Origin: Nemertoderma westbladi
Taxonomy: Eukaryota > Animalia > Xenacoelomorpha
Length of the DNA stretch: 33,690 bases
Direction of reading: 5' to 3'
NCBI GenBank assembly: GCA_032718475.1
Contig: JAUCBJ010008564.1
Coordinates: forward strand, 1 to 33,690
Shown here: positions 9,363 through 18,588 of the stretch, piece after piece
How positions within the stretch are numbered: the stretch's first letter is position 1
Layout: every line of letters begins with the position of its first letter
Program-made: the position numbers and the translations under genes
Notes under the pieces: model-generated
Told to the model about the DNA's origin: nothing
Seen by the model: the letters and a program-made list of their open reading frames with translations, nothing else
The model's database searches: none

Positions 9363-10657
9363 GACGTAGCGTTATCGCTGCTCCAGGGCGCTGTAGGCTG
9401 AATCTCCTCAGATTCTAAGCATATTGGTTCATCTTCCAATTGCATAGCTGAGATAGGTGCGGCTGTCTCCGCAAGCGAACCCACTGTCTGAACTTTCACG
9501 ACAGAATAACCTGTGGGTATTCGAGGTCTTTGTATAACAGATGAATGTAAGTTCTGTATACAAACGTCCTTGAAAAGGGCGAATCCCGCGCTGTCTAACT
9601 TCTCCGCAACTGAGTCTCTTAGGCTGAGTTTGGTCAGAGCGCGGTCCTTGAACTGACTATCAACGTTATGGAACGGAGTCAGAAAGCGCCTGAAACATTC
9701 GAAGCGGATGAATTTATTGTGTTCATCTAGCTTGGCGAGTTTGGTTCCAAGTATTAAGGGATGGGCGCGTATGGTACGACTGCACACATCGGCTAGCCAA
9801 CCGGCAAGTGCGGCGTTTTCAAAGATCGTGTATATAGCTAAGGAGGGACGAAGTGGAACACTCATAAAGCTATACACGGCGCCAGGTGCGGTCAATGGTC
9901 CGTCAAAGTATAATCGAGAATAATGATCTCCATATACTTGTTGGTAATTGATAGGATTTCCAACCTTGAAATTCCATCCGTATTCTTGAAAGGCAAGATG
10001 TCCTATGGAGGTTCGTTGTACTTTAGTAATGCCGCTGGGTGTATTTGCATACATAGTGCGGAAGAAACCTCGGCCTTCTGCCCAGGGAGCAATCAGCTGA
10101 GTATCGACGAAAGGGTATGGAATGTTCTCCATGTTCCGAAAGTCGTTTTGGAGATCTCCATAAACAGCTGAGCCGATTTTAAGGATTCTTTCGTTAAACA
10201 ACATCTCGAGCACGGGCTGGGGTAACATCGATCCATCGATATCCATGGCCGGTTTGCGCTCGGTGTCGATGACATAACGCTGCGCGAGTTTGAATTGTCC
10301 ATGTCGGAGTTTCTTTTGTATTTCGGTAAGGGTCTCAAAAGAATAATCAATCACATCGGAACACGCTCGAGTGAATATGTGGGTAGAACCAGCTAGTCCT
10401 CGTATATGTATCATGCGTGTAGTTCCCAGTTCTCCAACTGGAACGCTACCTTCGTTATCGTAAGTGACAACTCCATACATCTCGATAACGTTAAGAGTCT
10501 CATTCCACTCTTTAGTGGCGTTTTCTAGAGTCATTCCCACTGGATGCCACAAGGTAGTGCATTCGCTAGCATTAGGTAGATCTCTATACTTTAAATATTG
10601 TGTAGTATATGTTTCTACATCTCCATATCGTTGTATTCTTTCCTCTTCGAATAACAC
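9206..10657 (-). CDS. Extra ORF, central part: DEDDy (WRN/EXD/RNase D-like) 3'-5' exonuclease domain
   Basis: ExoI VVTYDNEG; LPQPVLEMLFNERILKIGSAVYGDL (ExoII); FVDTQ; SIGHLA; ExoIII-like PLRPSLAIYTIFENA. The frame is open upstream past 10729. Confidence 0.75.
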   Translation of the reverse strand: MLFEEERIQRYGDVETYTTQYLKYRDLPNASECTTLWHPVGMTLENATKEWNETLNVIEMYGVVTYDNEGSVPVGELGTTRMIHIRGLAGSTHIFTRACSDVIDYSFETLTEIQKKLRHGQFKLAQRYVIDTERKPAMDIDGSMLPQPVLEMLFNERILKIGSAVYGDLQNDFRNMENIPYPFVDTQLIAPWAEGRGFFRTMYANTPSGITKVQRTSIGHLAFQEYGWNFKVGNPINYQQVYGDHYSRLYFDGPLTAPGAVYSFMSVPLRPSLAIYTIFENAALAGWLADVCSRTIRAHPLILGTKLAKLDEHNKFIRFECFRRFLTPFHNVDSQFKDRALTKLSLRDSVAEKLDSAGFALFKDVCIQNLHSSVIQRPRIPTGYSVVKVQTVGSLAETAAPISAMQLEDEPICLESEEIQPTAPWSSDNATSWNGIKVHNVSPHTIIGTPTMFLENVADYAHREIISPLWTQTYPAPISTNNR

Positions 10658-10728
10658 GTCGAGATTCCAGTGTACTAATCGAGTTTTGATGAATCCATCA
10701 AGATTATACGGAGGTATTGTCTCTTTCT

Positions 10729-11958
10729 CTATTCTGGAAACATTATAGGGTTTTCGAAAGAGTTTACTTTCACTAACTGATCCAGATGTTTCTGCAGTTG
10801 TTCGAGTTCAACAAGATCGAGAGGATTTATTAGTGGTAGAAACCTCAGACTATGTGTAGGATCTTCCGGTTTTACCATGTAATATTGCGTTAGATTGACA
10901 TAATAAGGGTGATCTTTGATCCCATAAAACGAGTTCGGTAATGGTCTAGCGCATATGTTAACCTCGTGTACCATACGACGGACAAGATCTGCTCTATTGT
11001 CCGGAGGTTCAACGAGTATACCATCAACACGAGCGGCCTCGATTGGCGGACGTTGCAACATGGGAGCGTCAGCGATAAGTCGAGATCTTAGGTTGATATC
11101 AACCGGTTGAGGCTGTGCCGTGGCGAAGAGTTTGTCTCCGAAATGGGGAACCATCGAAGGATGGATGATGGTTTTAGAATAGAGATCCGTCATAAGGATT
11201 TGAGCTTCTGGCTGGGCTAAAGCTGCTTCTTCTCTCTCACCCATTTCTATGTGTTTCTCCTCGAGCTGATTTTCCTCCGCTTGTTGTTGTAAACGCTCGT
11301 CTAGGAACTCTTGTAGAGAATAGGTTCGTCCACGTTCGATGTCTTCCTCGAGATTCTGGATTTCTCTATCGAACTGGGGTAAAGCTAATTCTTTCACCGC
11401 TTGGACTTGTTGCTGCAATTTGTGTTTCTCTAAACAATCGTAAGTTCCTTTTCCGATCTTCTGCCGAATAGCGTCTAACGCGTTTCGTACAACGCTCTCT
11501 TCGACTTCGGTAACGGGTTGTATCGGGGTTAAACCAGGACGGTTGTACGGGTTGAATGGCGATATTAGATGACCGCGTCCCAATCCGGCTAGATAGGATG
11601 TGCGAATATCTAGCGAGCCCACTACCGGAGTGCCACCGATTAATTGTTCGGGTAACACAAGATCTTTAAATAGTGAGTACAGTTCAGGGGGATCCGTTAT
11701 ACTATTAGGATCGAGTGTTTGAGGTCTCACCAATGAATGAGGAGGTCTGACCGAGTATTCCGGAACTCTGATCATTGGTTTATTTAAGGATTGTTTGAGT
11801 CGAGCGAGCGTAGGTGATACGTCGAACAGGTTTCGCTCGAAACTCCCATAAGTATATCGTGTAAAACTGTGTTTAGCGCAACGTCTCCGCGGATGTTTAT
11901 GTCTTTCCGTTTGCTGATTGGGTCTAGGGCATTCGTCGCAGTAATACCAAAGACGCAC
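10729..11958 (-). CDS. Extra ORF, second fragment (unknown; Cys/His motif and coiled coil)
   Basis: 409-aa ORF. CDEC-x9-HKH-x4-C near the start and a Q/E-rich coiled coil. Overlaps neighbours by -1 shifts. Confidence 0.6.
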   Translation of the reverse strand: MRLWYYCDECPRPNQQTERHKHPRRRCAKHSFTRYTYGSFERNLFDVSPTLARLKQSLNKPMIRVPEYSVRPPHSLVRPQTLDPNSITDPPELYSLFKDLVLPEQLIGGTPVVGSLDIRTSYLAGLGRGHLISPFNPYNRPGLTPIQPVTEVEESVVRNALDAIRQKIGKGTYDCLEKHKLQQQVQAVKELALPQFDREIQNLEEDIERGRTYSLQEFLDERLQQQAEENQLEEKHIEMGEREEAALAQPEAQILMTDLYSKTIIHPSMVPHFGDKLFATAQPQPVDINLRSRLIADAPMLQRPPIEAARVDGILVEPPDNRADLVRRMVHEVNICARPLPNSFYGIKDHPYYVNLTQYYMVKPEDPTHSLRFLPLINPLDLVELEQLQKHLDQLVKVNSFENPIMFPE

Positions 11959-12605
11959 GTCCTGCAGGGAAACGCGGGTGATCGTTCTCCAGTTTTACAA
12001 TATTCCTCCATCTGTTCGAAGCTATCTGGGACGACAGGTAGCGGTCGATCGGCGGTAAGATACATCATAGTGAAATAGAGCCGTTTGAGTTCTATCATAG
12101 GGTCATGATGTATACCTTGAGGATATCGAGTTTCTAGATTTTGTTGACTGGCAATATTGAGATATGTTTCTCTCAGGAATTCCAGATAATCGTTGAAGTC
12201 GCTGCGTTTATCCGGCTCTTCAACGTCTTCTCTTTCGAGTCGGTTCCGAATAGAATTCTCGTGTTCTATTCTCGGTTTATCGTTCCGACTCCGCTGGGTA
12301 TGGTATTTAAATAAAACCATTTCCCTTTCGGTGTCTACATCGTCCGTATCGTGTAAATCGATAGGATGGCCAGTAGTTAAGAAGTCCATATACGTACCAT
12401 TACAATGTGTATAGCGAGCGGTGAATTTTCTATAGTCCAATTCACGCGTAAGTTGCTCCTGGGACATTGGCGGTTCGATATAACGACCATTGTCCTCCGT
12501 AGTAGTTGGACTAGCGTCGCCGCGTATCAAGCTATCAACAAACGCTTGTAAAGGTAGAGTATATCGCTCCCTAATACCAAGATCATCTTCTATCATCTCA
12601 GTCAT
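11784..12605 (-). CDS. Extra ORF, N-terminal fragment (unknown function)
   Basis: ATG at 12605 after an AT-rich leader; 273 aa of globular-looking composition; no signal peptide. Confidence 0.6.
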   Translation of the reverse strand: MTEMIEDDLGIRERYTLPLQAFVDSLIRGDASPTTTEDNGRYIEPPMSQEQLTRELDYRKFTARYTHCNGTYMDFLTTGHPIDLHDTDDVDTEREMVLFKYHTQRSRNDKPRIEHENSIRNRLEREDVEEPDKRSDFNDYLEFLRETYLNIASQQNLETRYPQGIHHDPMIELKRLYFTMMYLTADRPLPVVPDSFEQMEEYCKTGERSPAFPCRTCVFGITATNALDPISKRKDINIRGDVALNTVLHDILMGVSSETCSTYHLRSLDSNNP

Positions 12606-13425
12606 AGCTGCTATATGAGTTTATTAATATTATAATGAGTTTATAATTAGGCTAGCGGGCATCGCTGCCTACCCCTCTCGGCCCCCGGACAGTGCAAGAT
12701 CCTCAGCGCCGATGTACCGTCGTCGCTGTGTTTTTCGCCAACGTAGTAGCTACACAACGACAACGATAACTGGCACAAGTCACTCCACTGTCCGTCCCAA
12801 AGGCTTAGATTTACTTCAGGTTCTTACGGCAGAGTTAGGGCTACTTTCACAATTGCGACTCGCTACTGTAAACACACTTTAGTAGTAACATTCACCTATA
12901 AACGCACAAATTCCACACAACTGTCACAAATTGTTCACATTCGGGCCATTTGTCCGTTAGTCAGTGCCTTCCAGAATGCCACGTTATTATTATGTATCCT
13001 TGGATACTAGCAGTGTGCTATTTATTCCCTATGCTATTCAATGGGGCAAGCTTTCTATTGTTCTTTTAACTCACTTCTAATTCTAGCGTGGTTGTTGCTA
13101 TGGTGACATTATGGAAAGCTAGCAGTAGAATTAGGGTAATTCTCATGCATACAGATCTGGGATGCTATTTAATAGTAATTCTTTAATTGTCAATATCCCC
13201 TTTATACATGATTTTATGAATTTTATCGGCTATTGACTATATATTGGAGATTCTCGCACACTAATACACTTAATAGGGTGAATCTCCGCTCCCATGATCT
13301 ATTAATTAATGGAATTTTGGGAATGTTATAAATTGTATAAAATGACAATTTATCAAATTCATTAAAAGAGATGAATTAGAATTTATTCCCGTAAATTTTA
13401 TTATTTAATATTAAATAGACACAAT

Positions 13426-13785
13426 TTTATTCCAGAGCATGTCTGGGGACTAGGATCCTGAATTCTAGGAAATTTGTCCTTTTAAGAGTATCGGTAAGTG
13501 CTACGATATCTTAATAGACTAGAATTTTAAAGGATCTAAATTTTACAGATTTTAATTTATAGATTTTCTAGAGTTAACTTGTAAGTAGTTACTCTATGGT
13601 ATCTGTTTGACAGATTTTATAAATATTAATAGATAATATTTAAGATGGGCACCGGTTTATTCCAGAACTTGTCTGGGGACGTTAACCACTGATTCTAGAA
13701 TTTTGTCTTTCAAGTATATCGGTGGGTGCCGCGATATCTTAATCGACTAGAATTACAGATGGTCAAAGGGTTTAACAGATTTATT
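13426..13785. repeat. Two diverged ~125-bp direct repeats (230-bp period) in the IN-ORF3 spacer
   Basis: TTTATTCCAGA..TGTCTGGGGAC...ATTCTAG...TATCGGT...CGATATCTTAAT.GACTAGAATT at ~13426 and ~13656. Confidence 0.85.
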
Positions 13786-14299
13786 TTGCGTTGTATGCTA
13801 CTGTTAAAGGGACATCACGCTATATGTATTATTTAATATACGGTATGAGAGCAATATCGCAAGAAGCAATGTCAGTGAGAAGAGGCAAGTCGTTTCCAAG
13901 GTCTACCCAGAGCTTGGTTTAGCCGAGACACGAGGATCTGAATTTTGCATTCCTAATTCTCTACTTACCAATAATACTTGAATATAGTAGGAGCTTTATT
14001 GTACTTTAATATGTACGGATATTTCATCTTACTGTAGTCACGTATTTATAATGTAATACGGACAGTAAGGAAAGAGAAAAGAAATTATTTCTCGCCGTCG
14101 CACTAAATATATAATATATAAGTAATTAAGTAATAAGACTAATATATATTGCACTAATCTACTAGATAATTGCTAAAATGACATTCTACTAAATAAAATT
14201 AAAGAAAACGATTATAATAAAATTACATAATAATACGTACCTAAATATAAAATAATAAGAATATAAAATAATATAGTCACACACCCACTCCAGCCGTTG

Positions 14300-16312
14300 T
14301 TACGTTGGGGAGTCCCTAGATGTTTGCTGGATTAGGGAGGTGGTCGTGGGAAGAGTATCTTGCCTTCCATAGTTTCCGGAGAGTTCTCGGTCTCTTTCCA
14401 GTAAACATAAACGACCAACTGGGCGATTGAGCTGCTGTGTCTCGAAGACAATTCCCGGTTTATTAAAGTTACGTCGCATGACGACGAGTTCTACCGATCG
14501 CACCAAACCATCATCCGAGATGTGAGTCTCGATGATACGACCTGTCTGCCACCGCTTACGTGGAAGATCTGAATCCACAATAAGGACCCTGTCTCCAGCG
14601 CTGACGTTTTCTTGCTGCGCAAACCACTTAGTTCGAAGTTGTAGCGTGGGCAGATAATGTTTTTCGAAATGGTCAGCGAAACGACGGGATAACAACTGCA
14701 TAAGTTGCCAAGTTTGCCGGCAGTATTCGTCTCCGTCTGTGATTTCCGAGCGTGGGAGCATGGGTACAGGTTTCTTCAGTAGGAAGTGCGCGGGTGTTAG
14801 CGCTTCCAGGGAATCGGGACTCGAGGAGACTGGCATAAGCGGTCTCTCGTTGAGATAGGCGGCAATTTCCTCCATTAACGTCCGCAAAAGTTCGTCGGTG
14901 AGATACGCGCGGCACGGCACTATGAAGTGAAATGCGGTCTTCACGCTCCTGATTAATCTCTCCCAACTTCCTCCCCACCAAGGGGCGTTGGCGGCGTTGA
15001 AGGTCCAGCTAGACGCTGTTACCCTTAGCTGATCGTCCACCTGTCTTTGGTTCCAATCTTTGACGTAAGCTTTGATTTCATTGTTGGCACCAATGAAGTT
15101 CGTTCCCTTATCAGATCTCATCGTGTTACTAGTTCCAAAGCGAGCGATCTGTCGTCGTAAGCTCAATAGGAAGCTGTTGGTAGATAAATCGTTCACCATA
15201 TCGAGATGGATAGCTCTACAAGTCATACAAACAAAGATGACACACTATCTCTTGACTATAGTCCTAGCACGATATACTTCAATAGGGCCAAATAAATCTA
15301 CACCGGTATTAGTAAAGGGTGGTTCATAGAAGCTTACTCGTTCCCTAGGTAATTCTGCCTCTCGCTGTGTTAAAGGCCTACTGAATGCTTTCCTACAGGG
15401 TATGCAGTTCCTAAGAACTTGGTTCAGAGCTCTACGGGGTTTATAAAAATAATAGCGAGTTCGAATTTCGCTAAGAACTCGTTCTCTACCAGCATGATAA
15501 AGTTTGCTGTGAACATCTACAATCATCTTGATTTGTATTTCAAGATTTCTAATGAGTATGGGAAACTTGGTGTCAAAAGATAATGGAGCATTAGTTAATC
15601 TTCCTCCAACACGTATCAACCCATCTATCATTGTGCTAGAGAAACGATCCCTTAAGCGCATCTGTGGATTTCTCAACAACAGGAAATACTTATCGGAATC
15701 CTCATAGCATTGCAGGAGTCTCAGCATCTGCTTGTTGGTTTCTTCATGCTCCTGATAACTGATCTTCTCCTTCAGAAACCTGTCGGATATCTTATATTTG
15801 GGAAGATCTTTAACAACATGGACCTGCACAAATGTCAGTGGAGCGGTATCACTATTGGTCTTCGTCCTGGAGTAGTGATGATGAAAACATCGCTTTAAAT
15901 ATGTAACGGCCTTACAGAGCCGATTCCAGGAACTGTAATGATATATCGCTCTCTGCAGGAGAGGTGAGAGTCCTTGCGAGACGTCTGGTATTCCAGATTT
16001 CCAATCCCTCTCTCTGATGATTTCCACAACAGACTTATTTGTGGCTGTGGGTTTCGGATCCAAAGCGTCGTCTCCGGAAGTGTGTAGTACAGACAGATCT
16101 ACCACGGGTTTAAATAACTTCGATTTACTCGCCCGAGTTTTAGGTTTGACTTTCTCCGCTCCCTTGGCCTGTCTAATCTCTGCCGTAGTAAGATGAGGAG
16201 GCCATTCATCCTCTTCTTTGCTTAGGAAGTCGGGTCCACCTAACCAGTCTGGAGTATCTATCAGTTCTTGTGGAGTTGCTCCCCTGGAGGCGATGTCTGC
16301 TGGATTAATCGT
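14300..16312 (-). pseudogene. Inner pol: RNase H end + integrase (HHCC, DDE, C-terminal DUF5641-like), with in-frame stops
   Basis: INPADIASRG, GLIRVGGRL, HSKLYHAG...CIPC, GVDLFGP, SDKGTNFIGA, PWWGGSWERL, ALTPAHFL, YLPTLQLRTKW, DGLVRSV. Same frame as RT, broken by TGA (16313) and TAG (15245). Confidence 0.93.
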
Positions 16313-18586
16313 TCAGGGGCAATGTCTCCATTGATCCATCTTCGTGCGACTAAGTATAATGGCTACTCTTTTGGTAACGAAGACGCTGAACTGACAGACT
16401 TCATTGGTTATATACTCCAACACGAGTAAAGCATCGGTCCAATAGACAGTTTTCTCCAGTGGATAGTCGATCTGTTCTGTTACATTCCGGCCTATGGCTG
16501 TAGCGTATAGAGCCGCTTTTAACTCCGCTCGAGGAACTTTCAACTTGTTGTTTATCAATGCCTTAGAGGTAACCAAGGCGACTTTGATTCCATCCGGAGT
16601 TTTCACTCTCAGGTAGACTACTATACCTATTCCCATATCGCTGGCGTCTCCAAACACATGGAGTTGATAGGAATACGTAGGGAGAACATGACCAAAATAT
16701 GAACGGGAAATTATAAAGTTCTCGATGGCTGGTAGAGAATCTTCCCATTTCATCCACTTGTTTAATAATTCCCCCTTAAGTGGATCGTCCCATGAGTGGT
16801 TTTCAAGCCACATTTGTTGTACTAAACTCCGAGCAATCAATATAACTGGGCTAATAAATCCCAATGGATCGAAATAAGTGCTCAGGATACTTAAACAAAT
16901 CCGTTTAGTCCGAACTGGATTATCTCGCTGTTTTAGCTGGAAAAACAGGATATCTCTCTCTGTGTCCCATTTCAAACCAAGTGTCTTGGTTTCTGGAAGA
17001 TCATCTTTGATTAGGTCTAGGTCTTTCGCTCCTCGATCTTCTACCGGGATCGATTCTAGAAACTCACGGGAGTTGCTGGTGAATTTAGTTAATCGAAATC
17101 CACCTCTTTTTAAGCACTCTACCGTTCCTTTGGCGACATCAATGGCTTCTTCCACAGATGGAAGGGACTTTAAATTGTCGTCCATGTATATATCCCGTTT
17201 GATGTTGTCGATCACCTCTTTTGAGAAGGCGTCCCGGTTGTCATCAGCAGTGGTGCGCACCACTGAGCAGGCGTTTGAAGGGCTTGAGATGATCCCAAAA
17301 GCCTGGATGGTCATCCAATACTCCACCGGTTTCTGGTTGAGGTCTCCTTCAGGCCACCACAGAAATCGTAGGCTGTCTCGATCCCTATCCAGCGCCTTGA
17401 CTTGTAAGAACATGCCTTCTATATCGGAGGCGAAAGCGATTGAATATTGTCGTAATCTTAAGAGTATTCCCAACAAGGATTGGAGTAAGTTGGGTCCTGG
17501 TAACAACTCGGAATTAAGGGATTGGCCCATGTAGAGGGCGGAGCCATCAAATACTACTCGTACCTCATGGGGTTTACCGGGTTTGGGAACGTAATGATGT
17601 GTTAAATAGTACGTTCTTTCAGTTAGGGGTGTTCCTTCCGGTACTCGCTCCGCATATCCCTTGTTAATAAAATTCTTCAACTGAGTCTGATACATTTCTT
17701 TAGCTGAAGCATTTGCTGTAAGGCGTCGATGTAGTTGAGCAATTCTTTTCTCCGCCAAGGGTCGGTTGTTTATGAATTTTGGTTCTCGCTTTCGGAATGG
17801 GAGACCGATTTCATATCTACCTTGATCTTTAAGAAAATGTGTAGTTGTCTCCTGGATCTGCTTGGCTCTTTCTTCTTCTACCGATAGGGCCTTATCGTAG
17901 GAATTGGGCTCTACAGCCTCTTGAGTAAAGAATCGTACGGCGTGTTCATCTCGAGTCTTCGCGTTATAGCGCTCGATTATGTCATTCAGTTCGTCGTTAT
18001 AGTCGACTTGTCCTGATGGACGAATGACTTGACATAGGTTCCCTTGGTTTTGCCAAGTCTTATTTTCCGTAAGGATATCGATGGTATTCTCCTCGTCAAA
18101 GAGTTGGTGGATATCGTCATTATCTGAGGAGTATGGTGTTCCCTCAGTTGGGTCGTCAACTTCACTGCTCTCTACTTCCCATTCACTTAATTGATATACC
18201 TGTTCCTTTGGTAATCTTTCCATGAGAGTTCTACGGGAAGGGCCAGTAAAGTACCAACCTACTCTAGTTCTTCCCGCATAGACTTGTAATGGTTGCGGTT
18301 GAGCAGGACGTTTCTCCAATGTCTCAAGCGCTTCATGCGCATTTTGGCCGATGAGTATTTGCACTCCACGGTAATCTGTGTTGAATCTAGGTATATTAAG
18401 CTGCTGGGTGGAATCGTCCTCATCCCAGTTATAAGGTTCTACTTGGCTGGTAGCGAAGTTCTTTATCGCCACCATTTTTACTGACCTTATACTATGTTCT
18501 CCTAGTTCATCCTGGGGGGTGGACAACGCACCTACATAATAATCCGCTATTACTATAGATTTCCAAACCTGCATAATTCCTGACAT
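16313..18586 (-). CDS. Inner pol: protease C-half, reverse transcriptase, RNase H (Pao peptidase A17-like region)
   Basis: ILIGQN, TRVGWYFTGP, YYLTHH, VRVVFDGS, SLNSELLPGP, SDIEGMFLQV, YMDD, KTLGLKW, FDPLGF, LHVFGDAS, PRAELKAA, WTDA. Confidence 0.96.
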   Translation of the reverse strand: MSGIMQVWKSIVIADYYVGALSTPQDELGEHSIRSVKMVAIKNFATSQVEPYNWDEDDSTQQLNIPRFNTDYRGVQILIGQNAHEALETLEKRPAQPQPLQVYAGRTRVGWYFTGPSRRTLMERLPKEQVYQLSEWEVESSEVDDPTEGTPYSSDNDDIHQLFDEENTIDILTENKTWQNQGNLCQVIRPSGQVDYNDELNDIIERYNAKTRDEHAVRFFTQEAVEPNSYDKALSVEEERAKQIQETTTHFLKDQGRYEIGLPFRKREPKFINNRPLAEKRIAQLHRRLTANASAKEMYQTQLKNFINKGYAERVPEGTPLTERTYYLTHHYVPKPGKPHEVRVVFDGSALYMGQSLNSELLPGPNLLQSLLGILLRLRQYSIAFASDIEGMFLQVKALDRDRDSLRFLWWPEGDLNQKPVEYWMTIQAFGIISSPSNACSVVRTTADDNRDAFSKEVIDNIKRDIYMDDNLKSLPSVEEAIDVAKGTVECLKRGGFRLTKFTSNSREFLESIPVEDRGAKDLDLIKDDLPETKTLGLKWDTERDILFFQLKQRDNPVRTKRICLSILSTYFDPLGFISPVILIARSLVQQMWLENHSWDDPLKGELLNKWMKWEDSLPAIENFIISRSYFGHVLPTYSYQLHVFGDASDMGIGIVVYLRVKTPDGIKVALVTSKALINNKLKVPRAELKAALYATAIGRNVTEQIDYPLEKTVYWTDALLVLEYITNEVCQFSVFVTKRVAIILSRTKMDQWRHCP

Positions 18587-18588
18587 GT

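Noticed and set aside
8307-12605. env gene call for the third ORF
   Set aside because: No signal peptide or convincing fusion-glycoprotein/TM architecture; it has nuclease and zinc-finger motifs instead.
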